The notes under the pieces were generated by a model, which was not told the DNA's origin, ran no database searches, and saw nothing but the letters and a program-made list of their open reading frames with translations. The position numbers were made by a program, and so were the translations under genes. DNA of 64,000 nt from an uncultured Verrucomicrobiae bacterium (GTDB lineage: Bacteria; Verrucomicrobiota; Verrucomicrobiia; Chthoniobacterales; UBA10450). The stretch lies in contig CAVWPA010000002.1 in assembly GCA_963756875.1 (NCBI GenBank), forward strand, positions 1 through 64,000, given 5' to 3'. Below, in pieces: positions 37,810 to 48,218 of the stretch. The stretch's first letter is position 1. Every line of letters begins with the position of its first letter.

Positions 37810-38844
37810 CTACTCGTCATTGCGGTCGCGTCTCACGTTACGCATCGCGCGCCTGGTTATTTCCTGGCCGTATTTTTTCCCGGCCTCAACGAGCCTTTCG
37901 CTCAACGGTTTCTGGAGTTGGGCCGCGAACATTTGTTCTTCAGCTGTCTTACCAACCTGGGGCACGGCGATTACGGCGCTCGAAGCCGATTCGTAGGCGG
38001 CCTTGTATTCCTCATCCGATTTTGTCAGGCGCGCTTCCTCCAGCGCGTCGAGCGCGGCGCTGGCGCGGTCGGCCGCCGCGCGAATCCGATCTTCGGCTTC
38101 CTTGTTTTTCGGTCGGACGTCTTTGAATTCCGTCGTCATCAGTTTCGTCGCTCTGCCGGCGTCCTTTATTTCGCCGCGCATCTCTTTCTGCGATTGTCCC
38201 AGACGCGCAATGGACGCGTAAATACCGGCCACTCCAAGCAAACAAATCGCTGCCACCGCGCCGATCAGGATTTGTCTCCGCTTTTGCCGCCGCTTTTCCC
38301 GTTGGTAGAGATCGTCGAAACCGACCCCGAGCAACCCGGCAACTATTTTCAAGAGCGCGCGCTGCCTGCCGTCGCCTTCAGGGCGCACATCGGCGGCAAT
38401 GGGTTCGACCCGGACCTCCGATTTGGTGTCGTCGACATCGAAGCGCATGTCCCGCGGGAAGCATTCGTTTTCAGGATCGGAACGATCCGTCGCGTTCGGA
38501 ACGCCGCCGGCGATGAGAGCGATGATGCGGTCCCGGCCATGCCAGCCCTTGAATGCGCGGACTTCTTCACCTACCCAGCGAGATTTCGCCGAAGCAGGGG
38601 AACAAATCACGATGAGATAGCGCGATTGTTGAAGACATTTTTGAAGATTGTCGCCCAACTCGGCCGACGTGGGCAGCTCGTCGCGGTCGCGAAAGATTGG
38701 AATAATGCGCGCGGGCACTTCACCCTCGCGGCTCGGTGTGCCGACGAGAGCTCGCGGGACGCGATACGTTTCCAGTTTCTTGTGCAGCCAGTCGGCGACG
38801 GCGCTGTCCCGGTGGCTGTAACTGATAAAGGCCCAATACTTCAC
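37810..38844 (-). CDS. TIR domain protein with transmembrane helix and helical C-terminus
   Basis: AFISYSHRD, IFRDRDEL, LIVICSP, SRWVGEEV; TM ILIGAVAAICLLGVAGIY. Confidence 0.88.
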   Translation of the reverse strand: MKYWAFISYSHRDSAVADWLHKKLETYRVPRALVGTPSREGEVPARIIPIFRDRDELPTSAELGDNLQKCLQQSRYLIVICSPASAKSRWVGEEVRAFKGWHGRDRIIALIAGGVPNATDRSDPENECFPRDMRFDVDDTKSEVRVEPIAADVRPEGDGRQRALLKIVAGLLGVGFDDLYQREKRRQKRRQILIGAVAAICLLGVAGIYASIARLGQSQKEMRGEIKDAGRATKLMTTEFKDVRPKNKEAEDRIRAAADRASAALDALEEARLTKSDEEYKAAYESASSAVIAVPQVGKTAEEQMFAAQLQKPLSERLVEAGKKYGQEITRRAMRNVRRDRNDE

Positions 38845-38911
38845 GCCGTCATTTACTCAAATTTTGAAGGCGAGGCCAAGTACTATGCCAGCGTAGGATT
38901 CCGGATGGTGC

Positions 38912-39005
38912 GCTGTAGAGGCCGCCGTCTCTGGCGGCAGCTCCATTGGCTTTTTGCAGCCGTGACGGCGGCCTCTACAGGTTGTCGCCGCGGTGAGCCT
39001 CTACA
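38912..39005. repeat. GTAG-type REP inverted pair
   Basis: CTGTAGAGGCCGCCGTC ... GACGGCGGCCTCTACAG. Confidence 0.7.
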
Positions 39006-39008
39006 ACT

Positions 39009-39305
39009 TTAGCCGCCGGCGATCGCGCCCATAACAAAGAACGGTTCCGTGCCTTTTGCGACCGCCTCGGGAAGCGGGCTGTCGGGCGATTCGTGGGAAA
39101 TATCTTCTCCGCACGCGAAGAATCGAACGAGTGGCCGGCGTTGATGCGTCGCGTGATCGCGGATTGTGCCGCGCAACATGGGATAATTGGTTTCCAGTGC
39201 ATCGAGAATTGTTCGCTGCGTAACCTGACCGTTGAGCTCGAGTTCCACTTCGCTGCCAACACTCGCCAATGTGCGCAGATGATGCGGAAGAACGATGCGA
39301 ATCAT
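39009..39305 (-). CDS. MoaD/ThiS family ubiquitin-like protein
   Basis: [11 protein letters not shown]-terminal AIAGG. Confidence 0.9.
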   Translation of the reverse strand: MIRIVLPHHLRTLASVGSEVELELNGQVTQRTILDALETNYPMLRGTIRDHATHQRRPLVRFFACGEDISHESPDSPLPEAVAKGTEPFFVMGAIAGG

Positions 39306-39447
39306 TCCTCAAAGCTCCAACATCCAACATCCAAGCTCCAGAGAAACACCAAATTCAAATAACCAATCCTCGCAACATCGGCAGCGAATCGTTTTGGAGC
39401 TTGATGTTTGGAATTTCTCTGGATGTTGGAGCTTGGAATTCGGAGCT

Positions 39448-40616
39448 TCATTTGAGCGTTTGAACCTCCACTGATAGAACAGCTGGCAAATCTCTCACGA
39501 TCGGATTCCAGTTGTCCCCCGCATCGGCCGATGCATAAACCTGTCCGCCCGTCGTTCCGAAATAGATCCCGCACGGATCGAGCGAATCGACCGACATGGC
39601 GTCGCGTAACACGTTCACATAACAATCGTGTTGCGGCAGTCCTTTGGTGAGCTCTTGCCACTCGTTGCCACCTTTTCGGCTGCGATAGACGCGCAATTTG
39701 CCGTCGGGCGGATAATGCTCGGAGTCGCTCTTGATCGGCACGACGTAGATCGTTTCCGGCTCGTGCGCATGAACGTCGATCGGGAAGCCAAAATCGCTCG
39801 GTAGATTTCCGCTCACCTCGCGCCAGGAATCGCCGGCGTCGTCGCTGCGCATGACGTCCCAGTGCTTTTGCATGAAAAGCGTGTTTGGCCGCGACGGATG
39901 CATCGCGATCCGATGCACGCAGTGACCGACCTCTGCGTTCGGGTCCGGCATGAATTGAGAATGCAAGCCCGTGATTGATCGGTTTCCAGGTTTTGCCACC
40001 GTCATCGGTACGGAACGCGCCCGCGGCCGAGATGGCAATGAACATTCGATTCGGATTTTTTGGATCGAGGAGGATTGTGTGAAGACACATTCCGCCCGCG
40101 CCGGGCTGCCATTTCGGGCCGGTATCGTGTTTGCGCAGGCCCGACAATTCCCGCCACGATTTGCAGCCATCTTTCGATTCGAACAGACCGGCATCTTCCA
40201 CGCCGGCATAAACGTGATCGGGATTGGTGAGCGAAGGTTCCAGATGCCAGACGCGCTTGAATTCCCAGGGATGCTGCGTGCCGTCGTACCACTGATGCGT
40301 GCCCGGCACACCGTCGTAAACGAATTTGTTGCTCTCGCCTTTGGGCATGCCATCGGGGCCTTTTAATTCCTCTGGGCTGCTGCCGGGCGTCTCCCAGGTT
40401 TTGCCACCATTGCTCGAGCGCTGAATGATTTGGCCGAACCAGCCGCTTGTTTGCGATGCGTAAATCCGGTTCGGATCAACCGGCGACCCTTTGACGTGAT
40501 AAATTTCCCAGCCGGCAAAATGCGGCCCGTCAACTTTCCACTCTTTGCGCTTGCGCGTCCGAGGTCAGGATAAACGCGCCTTTTCGTGTTCCGACCAACA
40601 CTCGTATTCCACTCAT
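39448..40616 (-). CDS. BNR/Asp-box beta-propeller protein (sialidase-like), frameshifted
   Basis: Start [15 protein letters not shown]; SxDGGxTW repeats; usual neighbour of MoaD-like gene. Confidence 0.85.
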
Positions 40617-40804
40617 GACATCCTCCTTTTTGTCTTAATCATGCTCATGCTCATGCTCATGCTCTTGATCCTGATCGGATCTTGCCTCTGCAAACGAACG
40701 CCGGAATTATTAACCGCGGATCCTCCTCCGGCAAGCCTACGGCGCGACGAGTTACGCGGATGAAAACGGATTTGTCGGCTCTCAACAATCAACTCTCAAC
40801 TCTC

Positions 40805-40856
40805 TTGCGATGCAGACGTTTTTTGCCTCGGTGAAAAACTGGAGCGCTTCTTCGCC
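40805..40856 (-). repeat. Displaced second copy of the 3' end of the aldehyde dehydrogenase gene
   Basis: 46/52 identity to 41360-41411. Confidence 0.88.
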
Positions 40857-40888
40857 CCGAAAGCTTTCGGGGCCGACGCGGCTGGCTT

Positions 40889-41083
40889 TCATGCCGACGC
40901 TTCCGCCCGAATGAGTTTCCGGAGCGAAGCGTTTACTTTTTTTGAATCCCGAAACACCTTCGCGACATCGGGCTCTAAGACAACGACGTTGGCGCCTTCC
41001 GCATAACGCCGCGCGTATTTCCCACGTCGTCCTTTTGAGAAATCGTAATCGTTTCGCAATCCGTTATTCGATCTCTTCTTCAT
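40889..41083 (-). CDS. BrnA-like antitoxin
   Basis: DYDFSKGRRGKY, VVLEPDVAKVF, VNASLR; overlaps brnT. Confidence 0.8.
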   Translation of the reverse strand: MKKRSNNGLRNDYDFSKGRRGKYARRYAEGANVVVLEPDVAKVFRDSKKVNASLRKLIRAEASA

Positions 41084-41348
41084 ATGACTTTCGCTCTCGT
41101 CGGTTCGCGCGTCTCGCGCTGATGATACGGATATTATCGCCTCTGTCGGTGTGAACGACAACGAGCAATTTTCCATCAAACGTTCTGCCCATCGTGATGT
41201 AACGGTGCTCTGCAATCGAATGATCGGGATCGGGAATTGTAAGCGACAGGGAATCGCCGAAGACTGTCGACGCTGCTGCAAAGCTAACGCCGTGCTTGGA
41301 GAGATTCGATCGAGCCTTTCGCGAATCCCATTCGAATGTTAGCGGCAC
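41064..41348 (-). CDS. brnT: BrnT family toxin
   Basis: FEWDSRKARSNLSKHGVSF, IRIISARRA. Confidence 0.92.
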   Translation of the reverse strand: MPLTFEWDSRKARSNLSKHGVSFAAASTVFGDSLSLTIPDPDHSIAEHRYITMGRTFDGKLLVVVHTDRGDNIRIISARRANRRERKSYEEEIE

Positions 41349-41354
41349 TGGGAG

Positions 41355-42812
41355 TTACTTTGCAATGCAGACGTTTTTTGCTTCGGTGAAAAACCGGAGT
41401 GCTTCCTCACCGCCTTCGCGGCCCACGCCGCTTTGCTTCATCCCGCCAAACGGGACGCGCAGATCGCGCACGAGCCAGCAGTTTACCCAGACCGTCCCTG
41501 TGTGAATCCGTTCGGCGACGCGATGCGCGCGATTGAGGTTTTGCGTCCAGACACTGGAGGCCAGGCCGTAGTCGGTGTCGTTGGCGTAACCGATCACTTC
41601 TTCTTCGGAGTCGAACGGCGTAATGGTGACCACCGGTCCGAAAATTTCTTCGCGATTTGTGCGGCATGAGACCGGCAAATCGGTGATCACAGTTGGCGGG
41701 AAAAAATAACCGCCGCGGCACCGATCGCTGATCGATTCCGGTGCCCGACCGCCGAGCACGACCTGGCCGCCTTCTTTCAGCGCGAGATTGACATAGAACT
41801 GCACTTTATCGAGTTGCGTCTTGCTCACGATCGCGCCTTGCTCGGTTTTTTCGTCGAGCGGATCGCCGAGTCGCAACTGCGACGCCTTGTCAACAAAGCG
41901 ATCGACAAAATTCTTGTAAGCCGAGCGCTCGACGAAAACCCGCGAGCCGCATAGACAGACCTGTCCCTGGTTTGCGAACGACGAACGCACACTGCCGGCG
42001 ATTGCCGCGTCGAGGTCGGCGTCCGCGAAGATGATGTTTGGGTTTTTGCCACCGAGCTCCAATGAAACTTTTTTGAACAACGGCGCGCACGTCTCCGCCA
42101 CTTTGCGGCCGGTCACAGTGCCGCCGGTGAACGAGATCGTGTTGATCTTCGGATGCGCGGTGATTGCGGCGCCGACGCTCGGTCCGGTGCCCTGCACAAC
42201 GTTGAGCACACCGTTCGGCAGACCGGCTTCACGGACGATTTCGCACAGCAGAAACGCCGTCATCGGCGTCAGCTCGCTTGGCTTGGCGATGGCGGTATTG
42301 CCGACCGCGATCGCAGGCGCGATTTTCCAGCTCAATAAATAAAGCGGCAGGTTCCATGGCGAAATTAAGCCGGCGATGCCGCGCGGCTGGCGCAGCGTGT
42401 AGTTGAAGGCGACGTTGTCGGTAACGTGCGCTTCGGATTCGGTGTGAAGAATCGCCGTCGCGAAGAACCGGAAATTGCTGGCGGCGCGCGGAATGTCGAG
42501 TGTGCGCGCGAGCGAAAGCGGTTTGCCGGTGTCGATGGACTCGGCCCGCGCGAGTTTGTCGAGATCGCGCTCAATCAGGTCGGCAATGCGCAGGAGAATC
42601 CGCGATCGCTCAGCCGCCGGTGTGCGCGACCAATCTACGAACGCTTTCTCCGCTGCGGCTACTGCAAGATCGACATCGCGCGCGTTGCTGTCGGCGACCT
42701 GCGAATACGGTTTCCCGGTCGCCGGTTCGATGTTGTCGAGATATTTTCCGCCAACCGGCTCGACGAACTGGCCATCGATGAAATTGCGGATCTGAAGCGG
42801 CTCGGTATGCAC
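41355..42812 (-). CDS. Aldehyde dehydrogenase (2-aminomuconic semialdehyde dehydrogenase-like)
   Basis: SPWNLP, KPSELTP, FTGGT, LELGGKNP, NQGQVCLCGSR, EEIFGPV. Confidence 0.9.
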   Translation of the reverse strand: MHTEPLQIRNFIDGQFVEPVGGKYLDNIEPATGKPYSQVADSNARDVDLAVAAAEKAFVDWSRTPAAERSRILLRIADLIERDLDKLARAESIDTGKPLSLARTLDIPRAASNFRFFATAILHTESEAHVTDNVAFNYTLRQPRGIAGLISPWNLPLYLLSWKIAPAIAVGNTAIAKPSELTPMTAFLLCEIVREAGLPNGVLNVVQGTGPSVGAAITAHPKINTISFTGGTVTGRKVAETCAPLFKKVSLELGGKNPNIIFADADLDAAIAGSVRSSFANQGQVCLCGSRVFVERSAYKNFVDRFVDKASQLRLGDPLDEKTEQGAIVSKTQLDKVQFYVNLALKEGGQVVLGGRAPESISDRCRGGYFFPPTVITDLPVSCRTNREEIFGPVVTITPFDSEEEVIGYANDTDYGLASSVWTQNLNRAHRVAERIHTGTVWVNCWLVRDLRVPFGGMKQSGVGREGGEEALRFFTEAKNVCIAK

Positions 42813-42960
42813 GGGAAAAGCAAACTTTAAACGCCCAACGCTCAACGTCCAACGCCGAACGTCGAATGCGGAGGGATCGTAAAACCGTTCGTCGCGGCGA
42901 GCTATTTTTGCAGCGAAGAATACTACAACATTATCGAATTTGTCGTACACTTGCGAGTAT

Positions 42961-43179
42961 ATGAAACAGCTTCAATTCATGGGCTTGATCGTTTGTGCCG
43001 CGGTTTTTGTCGGTTGCGAGAGCACCCAGACCGCGGGGACGGGGAACCAGGAACAAAAACGCCTCGCGGCGGTGCAACAGGAACGCCACATGGAGCATCC
43101 GGACGAAGCGGAGGGGAATCTCTGGAGCGCCCAGAAAAATAGTTTGAACAGGGACGGCGATCCGATACGGAATTACTAA
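42961..43179 (+). CDS. Small hypothetical lipoprotein
   Basis: Lipobox-like AVFVGC after hydrophobic leader. Confidence 0.6.
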   Translation: MKQLQFMGLIVCAAVFVGCESTQTAGTGNQEQKRLAAVQQERHMEHPDEAEGNLWSAQKNSLNRDGDPIRNY

Positions 43180-43350
43180 GGAAAGCGCCCAATTACGCCT
43201 TGGGCTAAGCCTGCCAGGTGGATGCCGGATCCTGGATTTTTGGATATCGACTGCCGACCTCCGCCGTGCGTGGAGGCAACCGGTCCGGCAGCGAATCGAC
43301 GTCGGCCTTGGCAATTGGTGATTCCGCGGCATATTTTGGCCCGAAATTTT

Positions 43351-43438
43351 GGTGAGGTGGCTGAGTGGTCGAAAGCAGCGCTTTGCTAAAGCGCCGTACC
43401 CCAAAAGGGTACCGAGGGTTCGAATCCCTCCCTCACCG
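43351..43438 (+). tRNA. tRNA-Ser (GCT)
   Basis: GGTGAGGTGGCTGAGTGGTCGAAAGC...GCGCT-TTGCTAA-AGCGC, long variable arm, GGTTCGAATCC. Confidence 0.95.
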
Positions 43439-43663
43439 CGCTTACTTTTCACAATGAAGGTAACAATATAACGCAGACGGGATCGATCCTCCTTTCTCGT
43501 TCCTGTGGCCCCGCAAGTCGCGTTTTTATCCGCAGGGAGTGTCAGGGGCCGATGACGGATTTACGAATCTTGGCGGTGGAAGGCTAGGGCGGAGAAACTG
43601 TCAGCGTCTAAGCGTATACAGATCGGAAAGAAGGCAGCCGCGTCCCGCTGGAAAAAGAAGGAG

Positions 43664-43690
43664 TTGACATTATTCCTGACAGTAATAATG
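43664..43690 (+). promoter_or_regulatory. TTGACA -35 box overlapped by 23-bp palindrome (putative operator)
   Basis: CATTATTCCTGACAGTAATAATG ending 7 bp before the ATG at 43698. Confidence 0.6.
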
Positions 43691-43697
43691 CTCCGAG

Positions 43698-44051
43698 ATG
43701 TGGCAAATCGAGCCAACCGACCGTTTTGACCACGAGGAGCATTATTATCAGAAGAAGCGTCCCCGTGAATTAGCCGCCGTGTATAATAACTTAGATAGAT
43801 ACGTAGCTCAGTTAAACTGCTCACAGAGAATAGCTTGTGTTCAAGGAGGTTATTTACATAATGAAGGAGGACGCGTCGTGGCCCTCGACCAGCGCGGCAC
43901 GAAAGGCGCTGATCAGCTAGAGGAGACCCGGCTTTATACTTTTGCAGACGAAAGAGAAAAAGTGGTATATCTTATAACAATAGGGAATAAAAAGGAGCAA
44001 TCCTCCGACATAAAGATAAGCAAACAGTTTGTATCGGAGAATTTCCCCTAA
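43698..44051 (+). CDS. Hypothetical protein, putative RelE/HigB-like toxin
   Basis: 117 aa; TRLYTF...VYLITIGNKKEQSSDI resembles RelE-fold C-terminus; precedes HTH gene. Confidence 0.5.
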   Translation: MWQIEPTDRFDHEEHYYQKKRPRELAAVYNNLDRYVAQLNCSQRIACVQGGYLHNEGGRVVALDQRGTKGADQLEETRLYTFADEREKVVYLITIGNKKEQSSDIKISKQFVSENFP

Positions 44052-44079
44052 GATCGACCAACTATAAGGACTAAAGAAA

Positions 44080-44706
44080 ATGAGCACGACCGAGGCAGAG
44101 CCAAAAGCGATGACGCCAAAGCGCACGGGAAAGCGTTTCGGTGGCGTCGGAAAGTTTTTAAAACAGAGGAATACCGCAGCGGAGGTAAGTAATCACTTCC
44201 GCGAAATGAAGGGGGACACTACTGTCACCCGACGGCTCGCGTGCATGCGAGCGATGGCCGGACTAACCCAGGAAGAGATGGCAGAGCGGCTGGGGGTCAC
44301 TCAAGGCTGTGTGTCCAAGTGGGAAAGCGGACTGGATGAGGAATTAACACTAAAGGTAATAGCGGACTATGCTCGCGCCACAGATGAGCGCATTGGCCTA
44401 TGCGTCGGAAAGCCAATGACTCATGTTGAGGCTGTGAAAGCCTATGCATTTGGGCTCCGCGATCGCCTTCGTGCTCTGGCTGGCATCGCGCAAGACAATT
44501 CACAGTTAGAACAATACATCCAAGCATTCTTCGGAGAGGCGTTTTTCAACCTTCTTAACATCTTCGAGACTTGCCAAAAAGAGATGCCCGGAAAAGAAGA
44601 CTTTGAGATTCGCGTCCTCGTAAATGCGCCATCTGATCATAAGGCGAATCCGGGACGACCAAAGCTAGAGAACGCCGTCCAGCGGTCGCGTGAGTTAGTA
44701 GCGTAA
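44080..44706 (+). CDS. XRE HTH protein with extended C-terminal domain (putative antitoxin)
   Basis: LTQEEMAERLGVTQGCVSKWESG. Confidence 0.8.
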   Translation: MSTTEAEPKAMTPKRTGKRFGGVGKFLKQRNTAAEVSNHFREMKGDTTVTRRLACMRAMAGLTQEEMAERLGVTQGCVSKWESGLDEELTLKVIADYARATDERIGLCVGKPMTHVEAVKAYAFGLRDRLRALAGIAQDNSQLEQYIQAFFGEAFFNLLNIFETCQKEMPGKEDFEIRVLVNAPSDHKANPGRPKLENAVQRSRELVA

Positions 44707-45096
44707 CGGCCCGAAAAGCAGCCAGCAGGCGTCTGGCCAAAGATTGCAATTTGCGCACAGTTCACCTGGGCTTGTTGGGTTTCATTCGCCGTTGATCGGC
44801 GGATTGTTGCATTGATCTGACGGAATTCTCGGCGCAGATTGTTCAATCCATACTTGATTCATTTCATTTGCCGTTTCATGGGTTAGAACTTGAACCGCCC
44901 AACGCCTAAGCATGTCGAGACGCTTGGCAATTACGTTCATGGTAGAAAGAAGCCGGGTGTTCGCGGACTTCCAGTTGCTTGCGTGAGGCTCGGCGTCAGG
45001 CTTTAGCAGAGATCTTGGAGCATCCCGGCGCACGCGGTGAGTTTTGTCGCTCCGAAAAGATTCGCGAGTAAACAACGGGTCAGATAAAAGAATGCA

Positions 45097-45444
45097 ATGA
45101 GTTCTTTACTGTTCTTGGCTATTGATGATTCAACGGCAGGGTTCGCCGGTGCTGGCATAGTTGTCCTTTTAATTGGCGTGGTCGGGCTGATCATCGCAAT
45201 CGCGTGGATTGTCTTCCCGTTCATCGTGGTGAGCAAATGCAACGAGATGATAAAGCTTTTGACTCGCATCGAATCGTTATCCAAGTCTGCAATTCTGCAG
45301 CACCCCGACGAAGAAAATTCGCGAACCGGGAACAAAACTGGGAAAGAGTTATTGTCCGGAGTCGCGGGCATTCGCGAAGCGGGCAATGAAATCAGCAAGG
45401 CTCTGCAGTGGATGATCGATAATTGGAAGGTGGGAGCGACGTGA
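45097..45444 (+). CDS. Hypothetical membrane protein
   Basis: Long hydrophobic N-terminal segment, 115 aa. Confidence 0.55.
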   Translation: MSSLLFLAIDDSTAGFAGAGIVVLLIGVVGLIIAIAWIVFPFIVVSKCNEMIKLLTRIESLSKSAILQHPDEENSRTGNKTGKELLSGVAGIREAGNEISKALQWMIDNWKVGAT

Positions 45445-45642
45445 GTGATGGCGACCTCGATTGAACACCTATGAAATCCGCCCGCGCAAGGATCGGGCGT
45501 GGCTTTGCCCTTGTCGATGTGACCGTTTTCGCAGGAGCAGTTTTTCATTTAGCGGGCGAGCACGGCGTGATTATCTCTATTCTTTCTTTCTCCGATGGGA
45601 AGAGAGAAGGCGCTAGGCGACGAAATGCGCCAACCCAATCAC

Positions 45643-46670
45643 TCAAGAATGTTTTTTCCGACGCCAGACCAACAATGCCCCAACACTCAGTATGCCGGCC
45701 AGGATCCCCGTAGGCTCAGGGACAGCCGCCACTCGAAAACCCAAGATGTAGTTCTCGTCCGTCGGATCGTAGAGGTTGGTGCGGGACAGACGACTGCAGG
45801 GAGTCCGCGGAGTTGGCCCACGAGCCGCCCCGCAGGCCGCGCGACGAGCCAATAACAGCCTCGTTCCATTCCCAGGCGTTGCCGCCCTGATCAAATGTGC
45901 CGTAGGCACTGGCCGAGCCACTGTAAGCACCTCCCGGTGTAAGGTAATTCTGTGAGCTACTGTAGCTGCCGCTCTGGGTCACCGAGTAAACTCCGTTATT
46001 ATAATTGGCCTGGTTCGGAGATGAACCGACCATGTTGCCCGGCGCCGAATTGCTCTGGGTCGGGTAGAGCCAATAACCGCCCGTGCCGCCGTTGAGCGTG
46101 GGATCGTAATACGCCGCTTTATACCACTCGTTCTCGCTCGGAATCACCCATGTAAATCCGGCGTTCCTGCTAACGCTAACGCCGCTTGTCATCCCATTCA
46201 GCGTGTAAGCGCCGGTCTCCTGTACTGCCCGCCACTTCCCCAAGGCCCGAGGGCTGGCCGTTGTCCAACCAGTTTGTAAACCGGGCCGCATCAAACCAGC
46301 TCACGTATGTCACCGGCCGGTTTCCATCGCCGATCACAGAATAGGTGTAGCTCCCGCTGCTGTTCGCCCGCGAAATGCCCGCAATGTTCAGGTTCCCAGT
46401 CCCAACCCCATTGTCCGACCCCATGTTCGCATTCCAGAGCGAATAAGTGTCTGTTGCCGCCACCGCATTCAGGAAGGCGGTGTATTGCAACAGCGACACC
46501 TCGTAGGTGCCAATGTCGTAAGTGTAACTGACTGCGCCATAACCAGTGGTATCCACGACATTGCCGGGGTTGCCGACGGTAACTGTGTCGATTGTGATCG
46601 TGGCATGGGCGCTTAGGGGCGCCAGCACAACGGCGAAGAGTGCCGCGATGAGTCTGTCGATCCTGATGAT
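45643..46670 (-). CDS. Formylglycine-generating-enzyme (SUMF1) domain protein with PEP-CTERM sorting signal, frameshifted
   Basis: TVGNPGN, RPVTYVSWFDAARF, PSENEWYKAAY, QGGNAWEW, GFRVAAVPEP-TM-RRKK; start approximate. Confidence 0.85.
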
Positions 46671-46855
46671 TGGGCTTATATCAGATGCGACCTTACATAG
46701 TCAAGACTTTTACCTCGATTCTGAGATAAAGAACGGGAGCGCCTGCCAGTAGGTGACGCTCCTGTTCGCGCTCGCCATGCTCCACGCCATTTTGGAATGG
46801 CGGAACGCTGACAGCGTCCTCTACAGTTTATATTAGGGATGCATTTTATGCGGCG

Positions 46856-48031
46856 ATGATCAGCGAAGAAAAAGCGCGCGCGAAAATTTTTGAGACGATC
46901 CGGTTATTGCCGGTGCGTCAGGTTTCGCTTGCGGATGGTCTCGATTGTTTTGCCGGGGAAGATTATTTCGCGCGATTGCCGCTGCCCAATTTCGACAACT
47001 CCGCGATGGATGGTTATGCCGTCATCGCCAGTGATTGTCAGCCGGGCAAAGCGTTGCGCGTGATCGGCGAACAGCCGGCCGGCGTGGACCGGCAACTCCG
47101 CGTTTCCGCGGGAGAGACGATTCGAATTTTCACCGGTGCGCCGATGCCCGCAGGCGCGGACGCGGTTGTGATGCAGGAAGATGTCATCCGCAAAGGAGAC
47201 GAGATCGTTGTGAATGAAAAAGTCGATCCTGGCGAGTTCGTCCGGCAGCGAGGCTGCGATCTGGGTGAGGGCCAGAAAATTCTTGGGGCAGGCGAGCGAA
47301 TCCGCGCAGGCACAGTTGCTTTACTTGCATCCCAGGGTCTTGGAAAAGTTGCCGTCGGCGGCCAAGCGCGCGTCGGGATTATCTCGACTGGCGATGAATT
47401 GGCGAAGCCCGGGGAAGACTTGCGGCCCGGACAAATTTACGAGAGCAATTCCTTGTTACTGCAATCGTTGCTGCGGCTCTGCGGGGCGGTTGTCGCATCG
47501 ACTCAATATTGCGGCGACAATGAGGATTCCTTGCGCAAGGCATTTCAGGCAGGAGCTAAAAACGAAATTCTGATCGTTACCGGCGGGGTCTCGGTGGGCG
47601 AACACGATCTGGTCCAGTCGGTCCTGCGAGCCCTTGGAGCGCAGATCGATGTCTGGCGGGTTGCGATCAAACCGGGCAAGCCATTTCTCTTTGGCCGCGT
47701 TGGAGAATGCGCTGTTTTTGGTTTACCGGGAAATCCGGTCTCGGCTTTTGTCACGTTTCTGCGATTCGTGCGTCCGGCGATTTTAAGAATGATGGGTGCG
47801 CGAAATCTCGATCTGCCGAAAATGCAGGCGAAATTGCTGGTCGATCTGATGAACGACGGTGATCGCGTTCATTATATCCGCGGTAAAGCCGAAGCCGGAA
47901 ATTTTGCGCCGGCCGGCCGCCAGGAATCGCACGCGCTTTTCGGCCTGAGTCAGGCAAACGCGCTGCTCCGGCTGGCGGTCGGCGAATCGCGACGAAGCGG
48001 AGAGATGGTCGAGATTGAAGCGTGGGATTGA
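46856..48031 (+). CDS. moeA: Molybdopterin molybdotransferase
   Basis: NSAMDGYA, IFTGAPMP, STGDEL, GGVSVG, KPGKP, LPGNPVS. Confidence 0.95.
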   Translation: MISEEKARAKIFETIRLLPVRQVSLADGLDCFAGEDYFARLPLPNFDNSAMDGYAVIASDCQPGKALRVIGEQPAGVDRQLRVSAGETIRIFTGAPMPAGADAVVMQEDVIRKGDEIVVNEKVDPGEFVRQRGCDLGEGQKILGAGERIRAGTVALLASQGLGKVAVGGQARVGIISTGDELAKPGEDLRPGQIYESNSLLLQSLLRLCGAVVASTQYCGDNEDSLRKAFQAGAKNEILIVTGGVSVGEHDLVQSVLRALGAQIDVWRVAIKPGKPFLFGRVGECAVFGLPGNPVSAFVTFLRFVRPAILRMMGARNLDLPKMQAKLLVDLMNDGDRVHYIRGKAEAGNFAPAGRQESHALFGLSQANALLRLAVGESRRSGEMVEIEAWD

Positions 48032-48218
48032 AGATGTTGCAGTCGTTCCGCTCGGGTTGCACGCCGAAGCTTTACGAAGGCGCTCGGAGAGCACGGCAAC
48101 CCGCCTCCGCCAAGGCTCCGGCGCGGCAGGCAAAGCGCCGTGGCTACAAATTGCGCGAGGAGCTGAGATCCGCGGCTACAAGTTTGACAGGCTGCGCGCG
48201 CATTTTAGCTTAAGCCCG

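Noticed and set aside
44637..45075. Minus-strand ORF fragments after the HTH gene
   Set aside because: No recognisable motif; cannot support as a gene
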